Source of the DNA: Candidatus Tagabacteria bacterium
Lineage (GTDB): Bacteria > Patescibacteriota > Minisyncoccia > GCA-002779875
Direction: 5' to 3'
Assembly: GCA_963820595.1 (NCBI GenBank)
Contig: CAWGAO010000005.1
Coordinates: forward strand, 3,853 to 67,852
DNA: 64,000 nucleotides
The position numbers were made by a program, and so were the translations under genes. Shown here piece by piece: positions 17,580 to 25,685 of this stretch (positions within the stretch are counted from its first letter, which is position 1; every line of letters begins with the position of its first letter). Under the pieces are notes generated by a model that saw only the letters and a program-made list of their open reading frames with translations, was not told where the DNA came from and did no database searches.

Positions 17580-17975
17580 ATGCGAACGGTGCCGGAGGTA
17601 GCTTTTGAGGGGAGGCAGTATATTATTGACCATAGCGAAAGATTGATAGGTACGCTGGTAGACGTTTATGAAAACGGAAAAGTAATTTATATTGACCGCG
17701 ATGTGCCGGAAAGATTTTTTGAAGGGCTTGCATTGAGCGAGTTAGTCACAAGAAAATTTTTAAAAAAAGGCATGGGTTGGTCTGAGGCGAGTGATGAGGC
17801 CAATAGAGCGGAAAAAGATTACTACGTTTCAAAATACGGCCCAGCCGAAGGTGCGGAGCTTTTTAATGACGAATTAAAATTCCAAGCTTGGAAATTTGAG
17901 CAGGAGAAAAAGGAACTGAAAGAAGAAGGCGGCCACAAAGTTATTTACGAAAAGGGTGAGATTTTGCCGAAATAA
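17580..17975 (+). CDS. hypothetical protein, tandem paralog 2
   Basis: MRTVPEVAFEGRQYIIDHSERL..IYIDRDVPERFFEGLALSELVTRKFL shares its motif order with paralog 1. Confidence 0.4.
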   Translation: MRTVPEVAFEGRQYIIDHSERLIGTLVDVYENGKVIYIDRDVPERFFEGLALSELVTRKFLKKGMGWSEASDEANRAEKDYYVSKYGPAEGAELFNDELKFQAWKFEQEKKELKEEGGHKVIYEKGEILPK

Positions 17976-18029
17976 AGCGCGACGCCGAGAAGCGTTTCGA
18001 ATTCAACAAAAAGAGCTCCTCTAACGGGC

Positions 18030-18058
18030 TTGACTCGCTCTCGGGGATAAGCTAGTAT
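18030..18058 (+). promoter_or_regulatory. candidate promoter upstream of secE
   Basis: TTGACT-17 nt-TAGTAT. Confidence 0.45.
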
Positions 18059-18123
18059 TAAAAAAAGACCCGGGAAGGGGGCTTTTTAGATTAAGGAAAG
18101 ATAAGATTATACTAATTATTTAT

Positions 18124-18321
18124 ATGTCGCTTACAGGAAAATTAGTTAATTATCTGAAGGAAACAAAAGTTGAATTAAAGCACGTTAATTGGCCGACCAG
18201 AAAAACGACCATCCGTTTTACGCTCCTCGTAATAGGCATTTCGTTTGCTATCTCGCTTTTTTTGGGATTTTTCGACGCGATTTTCAAATATTTGTTAGAC
18301 ACTTTTATTTTTAAGGTTTAA
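18124..18321 (+). CDS. secE: preprotein translocase subunit SecE
   Basis: 65 aa. KVELKHVNWPTRKTTIRFTLLVIGISF (KV.WP motif plus a single TM). Lies upstream of nusG. Confidence 0.8.
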   Translation: MSLTGKLVNYLKETKVELKHVNWPTRKTTIRFTLLVIGISFAISLFLGFFDAIFKYLLDTFIFKV

Positions 18322-18531
18322 TTTCTAAGGTGGGCGACCCCGCACAAATTTTGCGGGATAAATTAATGGCAGACCGCTGCGCCCAAAAAGGATGAAGCTA
18401 TTCGCTTCCCGCGGTCTGCGAGAGCAAAAATTTATTATTTTATTAAAGGTTTAATTTATAGCGTGAGGGGGTGGCAAAATTTGAGCGGGGTGCTCATTTT
18501 TGCGACTACTCGCTGACGCTTGCAGGCAAAA
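18322..18531 (+). repeat. modular palindromic intergenic element, copy I (secE-nusG gap)
   Basis: Outer stem is GACCCCGCACAAATTTTGC (18336-18354) paired with GGCAAAATTTGAGCGGGGTG (18473-18492). Inner stem is GCAGACCGC/GCGGTCTGC (18369-18377/18411-18419). An M'-like tail (CTCATTTTTGCGACTACTCGCT...) runs to ATG 18532. Confidence 0.85.
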
Positions 18532-19078
18532 ATGGCAAAACAAACATCGGAATTCGGGAGAAATTGGTACGCGGTGCATACCTACGCCGGTTACGAAGAT
18601 GCGGTTGCGCGCAATTTGAAGCAGCGCATCGAATCTTTGGGAATGGAAGACAAGATTTTTAACGTCTTGGTTCCTACCGAAAAGAAAATCCGTATTAAAG
18701 GAGGAAAGCGGAGAACGGTGGAAGAAAAAGTTTATCCCGGCTATGTTCTCGTTGAAATGATAGTCGCCGACGACTCCTGGTATATCGTGCGAAACACTCC
18801 TAGAGTTACTGGTTTCGTCGGTTCGGGCACTACGCCCATACCTCTCCAGAAAGAAGAGGTGGATATGTTGTTTCAGCGGATGGGAGCCAAAGAGCCGAAA
18901 TACAAGTTCGATATCGCGAGTCGGCGATACGGCCAGAATTTTTGACGGACCATTTAAGGATTTCGAAGGAAAAGTACACGCAATTGACGAAGAGCGCGGA
19001 AAGATAAAGGTTCTGGTTTCAATATTCGGCCGGGAGACGCCGGTTGAATTGGACTTTTTGCAGGTGAAAAAGATTTAG
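18532..19078 (+). pseudogene. nusG: transcription termination/antitermination factor NusG, one frameshift near 18925
   Basis: MAKQTSEFGRNWYAVHTYAGYE (NGN domain) runs to 18945. The KOW part, [52 protein letters not shown], is in another frame and ends with TAG at 19076-19078. Confidence 0.85.
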
Positions 19079-19150
19079 AAAAATAAGGAGCGATAGCGAC
19101 TATATTTTTCGTAAAAAATTATTATTCACTAACGTTTATATAATTTTGGC
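19079..19150 (+). repeat. modular palindromic intergenic element, minimal copy B (M directly abutting M')
   Basis: AAAAATAAGGAGCgataGCGACTATATTTTTC is followed by GTAAAAAATTATTATTCACTAACGTTTATATAATTTTGGC, then the ATG of rplK. Confidence 0.9.
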
Positions 19151-19577
19151 ATGGCAAAGAAGATTAAAACAATAATAAAACTTCAGATTCCCGCCGGAAA
19201 AGCGAATCCCGCCCCTCCGGTCGGGCCGGCTTTGGGCCAGCACGGCCTCAATATTGGCGAGTTCGTTTCGAGATTCAATGAAGCTACAAAGGAGATGGGA
19301 GATGATATTATTCCCGTTGAAATCACGGTTTATGAAGACCGCACTTATCAGTTTAAACTGAAAACCCCGCCAGCATCGGATTTATTGCGCAAAGCAGCCG
19401 GCATCGAAAAGGGCGCAAGCAACCCTTTAACTTCCAAAGTCGGAAAAATATCAAAGGCCAAAATTCGTGAAATTGCCGAACGAAAAATGGAAGATTTGAA
19501 CGCCAACGATATCGATGCGGCGCAAGAAAATTATAATGGGCACCGCGCGGAGTATGGGGATAGAGATTAAAGATTAA
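19151..19577 (+). CDS. rplK: 50S ribosomal protein L11 (frameshift about 50 nt before the end)
   Basis: [32 protein letters not shown] is canonical. After about 19525 the conserved C-terminus [15 protein letters not shown] is in the +1 frame and ends at 19577. Confidence 0.9.
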
Positions 19578-19670
19578 GCATGTTCCGATTCTGGCTTTGT
19601 CAGAATCGAGAGTCCTCGATTTCGTAAGGCGAAATCGGGAGGAATTGAAATCAAGGATTAAAATTTTTTC

Positions 19671-19699
19671 TTGACGAAAATTACAAAGCCTGCTATACA
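19671..19699 (+). promoter_or_regulatory. candidate sigma70-type promoter
   Basis: TTGACG-17 nt-TATACA. Confidence 0.5.
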
Positions 19700-19719
19700 A
19701 ATAGCGGGTTTTATTTTTT

Positions 19720-19783
19720 GTCCCGACGCTTCATTGTAGTTCTTTTAAAATAAAGAAGTCGGGATCCCGGCTTTACGTCGGGA
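19720..19783. repeat. 64-bp palindromic repeat, copy 1 (inverted partner at 44650-44713)
   Basis: GTCCCGACGCTTCATTGTAGTTCTTTTAAAATAAAGAAGTCGGGATCCCGGCTTTACGTCGGGA matches the reverse complement of 44650-44713 at 59/64 positions. Confidence 0.9.
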
Positions 19784-19889
19784 AAAACCCGAAAATTCTG
19801 GCGGAAAATCTGCGGATTTTCTAAGCCGGGCTCTTTCCGTGCGCGGAGAGAGAATCTACTCGCGTCTGTGGACGCAAAAGGAGGAGTTT

Positions 19890-20967
19890 ATGGAAGAGAA
19901 GGAAGAAGGGAAAGGAAAGTGTCCTAGTTTGTTGGCAGATTATCTTTTCGGCAGAATGTCGCCAGAAGAACGACTCAAAGTTTTGCAAGAAATTTTTATG
20001 ATGGCGGAAACAAAAAAACATAATGACGACGTGGCAACAAAATTGATAAACATGATTTACAATGAATATTCAGAAATAGAAAACGGAGATTGCCGGAGAA
20101 ACTGATCGTGATTATGGCCATGCTGCTATGCGCGCCTACTCCAAAAATTGCGACTATTTTAAAGATGTTTATTGGCAATTCCCAGAAAATTTAGGCAGAA
20201 GGTCGATAAATTGTAGCGATTTGATTAATTATCCAACTTTAATCCAGACAAAATTGGAAATAATCAGATTGTGGATGAGGCAGTGGCAGAGATATGCCTG
20301 CGATTTTCAAGATAAAGATGAAGAAGCTATTGAGGCATTTCGTTTTTTAATCTCCGCTTATACGGGGAAACTCGAAGACGATATAGAAGTAAGTCTTTAT
20401 GTTTCTCAAGACGAGAAAGAGGGCATCCTTAAACTTTTCCGCGAATATACGGATTCCAGCTTTACTCCGGAAATTGCCGAAAAATGGTTGAAGCAGCCGA
20501 ATGTGCCTGAAGAAATTAGGAAGATTTTCAGAATGGCCTGGATACGGAACGGCGGGCAGGAACTATTTGACCGCTGTATGAAAAACGCCGAACTCTTGAA
20601 ACCGCTTGATGTGGAAAATCGTTCGGAAGCTGAATTGGAATTCTGTCAAAAGTTTTTTAGAGAGCTGGAAAAAGTCGGCGGCAGGGTCCAAAAATTGATA
20701 AAGGAACTTAAGGAAGGCCCTTGTCTGAAAGCGGAAAAATTTGAGGCAATTTTTCACAAATTGGATGATATTACGCTTCATATCCATTACAAAAAAGAGG
20801 ATTTAATTTCCGACTCAGTGGTGCGGAAATTTATTCAAGACATTCGTTCTTTTGTTTCGCAATGCAAAAGTGGACGTTATGCCGAGATTTGGTTTATTTT
20901 ATGGGGAGATCAAGCGCAGAGAGATCATGTGGCGAATTTCAAGGAGATGGTTTATTTCGGCCCTTAA
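19890..20967 (+). pseudogene. hypothetical protein of about 359 aa, one frameshift near 20085
   Basis: AAAGGAGG SD and ATG at 19890. ORF 19890-20105 continues as EIAGETDRDYGHAAMRAYSKNCDYFKDVYW in the frame of ORF 20128-20967. Confidence 0.4.
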
Positions 20968-20988
20968 CGAACAGTAAATTTAAATTTA

Positions 20989-21020
20989 ATGCAGGTCCTA
21001 GAAACTGGGCCTGCATTTTT
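20989..21020 (+). terminator. rho-independent terminator
   Basis: ATGCAGG(t)CC-tagaaact-GGGCCTGCAT followed by TTTTT. Confidence 0.6.
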
Positions 21021-21113
21021 GTTCTTGCATTTAATATGGTTTTTTGCTAAAAATAGGAAAAGCATGTTTTTTGAGAGAAAAATAAAAATCGGCTATGATA
21101 AAGAGGTAAAAAG

Positions 21114-22016
21114 ATGGGAAATAGCCAAACAAATCCATTTATCGTTCTTGAAGGCACTGACGGTTCGGGAAAAACCGAACAGTTTAAATTGCTGATTAAA
21201 AGACTGGGAGAAGAAGGATATCCGATCGCGACTTTTGATTTTCCCCAGTACGGCAAGCCGTCCGCTTTTTTCGTTGAACAATATTTAAATGGCAAATACG
21301 GCGGATGGGAAGACGTAGGTCCTTACAAGGCGTCTGTTTTTTACGCCCTTGACCGTTTTGATGTCGGTTTAAAAATCACGGAAGCTTTAAAGGCAGGTAA
21401 AATTGTCGTATCTAACAGGTATGTCGGCTCCAATATGGGACATCAGGGAGCCAAGATTACTGACCGGAAAGAACTGATGAAGTTTTTGAAGTGGGTTTAT
21501 CGGTTTGAATACGAAATAATGGGAATTCCGCGTCCGGCCATCTCAATTATTCTTCATATGCCGGCCGAAATCGCCCAGGGATTTGTTGATAAAAAAGGAG
21601 CTCGCGAATATGTCGGTGGAATAAAACGCGATATTCACGAAGCGGATATAAAACATTTAGAGCGAGCCGAACAGACTTATCTTAAAATCGCCGAGTTATT
21701 CCCGAAAGATTTCGCGGTCGTTGAGTGCTATGAAAACGGTCGGGTTTTATCCATAGACGAGATTCACCAAAAAGTTTACGAAATTGTAGAAAAAATTCTA
21801 AAACGATTCAAAGGAGGCTTGTCCTCCGAAACTTTAGAGAAGGAGGAAAATAATATGCCGTATGTTCCAAGCGAGAAAACTTATCCATCAGCCGGCGGCA
21901 AAATAGAGAATATTTCTTATTGCGAATGTCCGTTTCCCGAAGGAGTTGTCAGTAGTCCGGTTGATACCGTCGAGACTTGTAAATATTGCGGTAAAATCAT
22001 CAAGGACAAGGATTAA
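21114..22016 (+). CDS. tmk: thymidylate kinase with an ~85-aa C-terminal Cys-rich extension
   Basis: P-loop FIVLEGTDGSGKT, DRF motif (YALDRFD), and a lid region. The extension carries CEC...CKYCG. An internal SD+ATG lies at 21841-21857. Confidence 0.8.
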   Translation: MGNSQTNPFIVLEGTDGSGKTEQFKLLIKRLGEEGYPIATFDFPQYGKPSAFFVEQYLNGKYGGWEDVGPYKASVFYALDRFDVGLKITEALKAGKIVVSNRYVGSNMGHQGAKITDRKELMKFLKWVYRFEYEIMGIPRPAISIILHMPAEIAQGFVDKKGAREYVGGIKRDIHEADIKHLERAEQTYLKIAELFPKDFAVVECYENGRVLSIDEIHQKVYEIVEKILKRFKGGLSSETLEKEENNMPYVPSEKTYPSAGGKIENISYCECPFPEGVVSSPVDTVETCKYCGKIIKDKD

Positions 22017-22031
22017 AGGAGAAAAATAATC

Positions 22032-22490
22032 ATGCCGTATATTAAACAGGAAAGCAGACCGCAATTTAATCCCGTTATCGCGCTGATGGTAATAAAAGGC
22101 GTGAGGCCGGATGAAAATTTAAAAGATATTCTTTTTGAATTTTGCAAACTGTATGTTCTGCCCTCTTATAATAATTTCAAAAATTTCCGCGGGGAATTAA
22201 AAGAGTGTGCAGATGAAATTACCAGAAGGCACAAAGAATTCATCAGACCATTATGGCCTAAAGATACTTTAAAGGATGAAGGATCAAAGAAAGAGATTAT
22301 TCAGAAAATGAAAGATGTGGGTGTTAAAGTAGACGGCGATTTGAATTATATTCTTTTTGCTTTCTGCAGATATTATGTGCCTAAATGGAAAAAGTTTTGC
22401 CGAATTTTGAGGCAATGCCATAAAGAAATTGGCGAAAAGTTAATAGCTCGTTATGAAGATCAAAAAATTGGAGCAAACGGAGACGTTTAA
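22032..22490 (+). CDS. hypothetical protein with an internal duplication
   Basis: Two roughly 55-aa repeats (DENLKDILFEFCKLYVLP...ECADEITRR and DGDLNYILFAFCRYYVP...CHKEIGEKLIARYEDQKIGANGDV). SD GGAGAAAAA upstream. Confidence 0.4.
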   Translation: MPYIKQESRPQFNPVIALMVIKGVRPDENLKDILFEFCKLYVLPSYNNFKNFRGELKECADEITRRHKEFIRPLWPKDTLKDEGSKKEIIQKMKDVGVKVDGDLNYILFAFCRYYVPKWKKFCRILRQCHKEIGEKLIARYEDQKIGANGDV

Positions 22491-22503
22491 ATTGTGACTA
22501 CAG

Positions 22504-22533
22504 GCCCGTTCGCCAGCTGGCGAACGGGCTTTT
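22504..22533 (+). terminator. rho-independent terminator
   Basis: Perfect palindrome GCCCGTTCGCCAGCTGGCGAACGGGC followed by TTTT. Confidence 0.8.
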
Positions 22534-22574
22534 AAATTTCCAATTATTCGACATTGAATGCCGAAGATAGTCAC

Positions 22575-22603
22575 TTGCCGTTTTTTTCTACTTCTGCTAA
22601 ATT
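22575..22603 (+). promoter_or_regulatory. candidate promoter
   Basis: TTGCCG-17 nt-TAAATT. Confidence 0.4.
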
Positions 22604-22679
22604 TGTTTTAGAAGATTTTTGAAAACCAGGAAAAAGCCCTCTTACGCATAAAGCTACGGACGGGGCAAGGAGACGAAAA

Positions 22680-23786
22680 ATGGCGGGAAAGCTTGTGATT
22701 ACAACGGGAATTTCCAGTTGTGGCAGAAAGGAAATATTTTTTCCTTCTTTTTTAGATCTGTGCGCTCAGAAAAATGTGAAAGTCAAAATGTATAATGTCG
22801 GCGATATGATTCCGGAATGGGCTTGGAAATACGCTCGCGAGAAATTACCGCAGAAAACTATTTTGTACATCAATAAGCTGGCTATGACTCTCGCCCAGGC
22901 GGGCGTCCATCAGCTTATTCTATCTCATCTTCAAAAAGATTTGGAAGAAAATGATATCATTTTAATTAATCTGCATACCCGGTTTCCGTGGTGGAAAGGA
23001 AACGTTTATATTCCGGTTTATAACGAAATTTTTATCCAGAATTTGATAAAAAGCGGTTTTGAGCCCGACATGTTCGTTTGTTTTATCGATAATGCAAACG
23101 ATATTTTAAGGCGCTTGAATGAAAAAGAGCAGTGGAAGGGCGAGAATCTAAATGAAAAAGATGTTTATCTTTGGCAGAACGAAGAAGTAAATGTCACGAA
23201 AGCATATAGGCTTCTTTCGGATAACGATATCAGATTTTTCGTTATGCCGGTAAGACAGCCGCCAGAAACCTTACTATTTTTGCTTTCCGAACCGTGGAGA
23301 CCTGTTGTTTACGCCCAAATGCCTCTTAGTCATATAAAAGTCAATGAGCTGAAAAAGGTCATTAAGCTTATTGAAGATCTGCGGAAATGTTCTGTCGTTT
23401 TCGATCCCATGACGATAGAAACGGGGATAGTGGAGCGGCAGGAACTTGAAAAAGCAGATGACGATACCGAGGTAATGGTTCGTCATACGCAAACCGGTTA
23501 TAGGGATACCGAGTGGTTTATACCGCAAGTGGATGTCTGTCTGGCTTACTATGTTAAGATGGTTCTCACAATCGGGACAGTCGATGAAACCGCCACTGCT
23601 TCCGGATTGGGCAAACAGACATGGGCGATTTTCCCGGGAAACATCAGTCCATTTATGCCGTTTCGCGTGTCTCCGGAAAGAATATTTCAAAATCCCGAAG
23701 AATGCTTTGCGGCTTTTAAAACATATGCCGAAGAATTGGAAAAGGCATACAAAGAACAGCAAGGTAAGGCGCAGGATGCCATATAA
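22680..23786 (+). CDS. two-domain hypothetical protein: degenerate P-loop kinase-like N-domain plus nucleoside 2-deoxyribosyltransferase-like (Rossmann/SLOG-like) C-domain
   Basis: N-terminus is KLVITTGISSCGRKE (GxxxxGRK). The C-half has VVYAQMPLS ... DVCLAYY ... TVDETATASGLGKQTW, resembling the NDT-like pattern (YxAGP...D...GTxxExGxAxxxGK). The assignment is from motif memory only. Confidence 0.3.
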   Translation: MAGKLVITTGISSCGRKEIFFPSFLDLCAQKNVKVKMYNVGDMIPEWAWKYAREKLPQKTILYINKLAMTLAQAGVHQLILSHLQKDLEENDIILINLHTRFPWWKGNVYIPVYNEIFIQNLIKSGFEPDMFVCFIDNANDILRRLNEKEQWKGENLNEKDVYLWQNEEVNVTKAYRLLSDNDIRFFVMPVRQPPETLLFLLSEPWRPVVYAQMPLSHIKVNELKKVIKLIEDLRKCSVVFDPMTIETGIVERQELEKADDDTEVMVRHTQTGYRDTEWFIPQVDVCLAYYVKMVLTIGTVDETATASGLGKQTWAIFPGNISPFMPFRVSPERIFQNPEECFAAFKTYAEELEKAYKEQQGKAQDAI

Positions 23787-23790
23787 AAAA

Positions 23791-23815
23791 ATCCTCCCCC
23801 GAAAGGGAGGATTTT
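23791..23815 (+). terminator. rho-independent terminator
   Basis: ATCCTCCC-ccgaaa-GGGAGGAT followed by TTTT. Confidence 0.75.
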
Positions 23816-23881
23816 CACCCGCGACACTCATGCATGAGTGTAGGGGTTTATTTTTCCCATTTTTCCGCTATTATTGAGGTT

Positions 23882-25509
23882 ATGATAAGAGATATTTTGT
23901 CGAGACGAAATTAGAAAAGGCGCTTAAAGCTCTTTATCCGGATATTGCTTATCCCGAAATTTCTGTTATCCGGAACGAGAATCCCGTTTTCGGAGATTAT
24001 GGCTTTGCCGTGATTGCTTTGGCTTCAAGAATAGGCAAGAATCCAAGAGAGATTGCCGAAGAATTTAAAGAGAAAATTTCGGCTTCGTCAAAAATCAGCC
24101 GCTATGTTTCAAAAATTGAAGTCGCCGGTCTGGGCTTTTTGAATTTTTGGCTTTCGGAAAAAGGTCTAGAAGAAGGATTAAAGAATCTAGACAAAAAGTT
24201 TACCCGCCAAGGGCGGGAAAAAATTTCCCTCGATTATCTTGATGCCAACCCGACCGGGCCGGTTCATTTGGGTCATGCCAGAAGCGGTTTTTATGGCGAC
24301 GTTTTGGCTAATATTTTGGAATTTTACGGCCATAAAGTTTCGAGGGAATTTTACGTCAATAACGCAAAATCGAGTCGGTACAAATTCAATCTCTTGGAAA
24401 AACAGCATTGGGGCAGGGGGAAGAATACAAGCACGAACAGCTTTTGAAAATTTTGGAAAAGCCGGAAGTAAAAAAGAAATTAAAAACGTTCAAGGAAGTA
24501 AAAGAGGCGAGTTTGCTCGCCGAAGCTTCAGCGAAGGCGGGATTTTATATCGCAGGATTGATTCAAAAAGAAAACGAAAAATTTTTGAAAAAATGTCGCC
24601 AAAATAAAATTTGATTTATTTTTTGAGGAGGAAAAAGTTTATTCATCGGGTAAGGTAAAAGAAATCATTGAAAAACTAAAGAAAGCAGACGTGACGTATG
24701 AAAAAGACGGCGCTTTGTGGTTTAAATCAACGCAATACGGCGATAGTGAAGACAAGGTGATTATAAGAAGCACGGGCGAGCCGACTTATTTTGTGCCGGA
24801 CATATATTATCATTTGGACAGGTTGATTAAGAGAAAGAACGACAAAGTTATCAATATATTCGGCGCTGACCATTACGGCGCCATTGCCAGAGTAAAAGGC
24901 GCTTTGGCGGCTTTGGGAATTGATACAGAAAAAATAGTTTATCTTTTGGTCCAGATGGTGCGCTTGATAAAAGGCGGCGAAGAGCTGAAAATGCAAAAAA
25001 GAAAAGGCGTGTTCGTGACCTTGGAAGAATTGATTAAAGATGTTGGCCTGGACGCTGCAAGGTTTTTCTTTCTAATGCGGTCGTTGGATACGCATTTGGA
25101 TTTTGATTTGGATTTGGCGAAGGAGCGTTCCAAAAAGAATCCGGTTTATTATGTCCAGTATGCCCATGCCCGGGCGTGTTCGATAATAAGAAAGTCAAAA
25201 GTCTCCGTCCGAGGCGGATTCGTCTTCAGCGGAAAAATTCAAAATTCAAAAGAGAGAAATTTAATTTTAAAACTCATCCAATTTCCGGAAGTTGTTGAAG
25301 ACATCGCCAAAGATTATCAAGTTCATCGCTTAACGACTTACGCATACGAATTCGCGCAGGTTTTTACGGATTTTTACGAAAATGTTCCGGTTTTGACTGC
25401 CGAAACGGAGGAACTGAAAAAATCCCGCCTTGTCTTGGTTTCCATTGCCAGAAAAATTTTAGAGAGAAGTCTATCATTGATGGGTATTTCCGCTCCGGAG
25501 AAGATGTAG
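23882..25509 (+). pseudogene. argS: arginyl-tRNA synthetase, at least 3 frameshifts
   Basis: Fragments are 23882 (MIRDILS), 24010-24447 (NPTGPVHLGHARSG, a HIGH-type motif), 24408-24614, and 24691-25509 (GADHYG..., C-terminal anticodon-binding part ending ISAPEKM*). Confidence 0.85.
25477..25508 (+). repeat. 32-bp direct repeat, copy 1 (native argS 3' end)
   Basis: TTGATGGGTATTTCCGCTCCGGAGAAGATGTA. The second copy at 26453-26484 differs at 1 nt. Confidence 0.95.
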
Positions 25510-25530
25510 CGGAAAATTACCCTATATTAC

Positions 25531-25558
25531 TTGACAAAAATATTTTTGGGTGTATCTT
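25531..25558 (+). promoter_or_regulatory. candidate promoter of the inserted gene
   Basis: TTGACA-16 nt-TATCTT, followed by a leader of about 120 nt and a GAAAGGAGG SD. Confidence 0.45.
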
Positions 25559-25685
25559 TGTAATCAAATTAAGTACCTTTATTAAATTTGTGGATTTGCG
25601 TGACGTATTTGCGATGCAATGATGAGTCAGGGGTTCTGGCATAGGGCAGAATGAGGGACGAGTCATAACCGAAAGGAGGAACGTT

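Noticed and set aside
20989-21195. 68-aa ORF between the 19890 gene and tmk
   Set aside because: It begins inside a terminator hairpin, spans the candidate tmk promoter and overlaps the tmk start out of frame.
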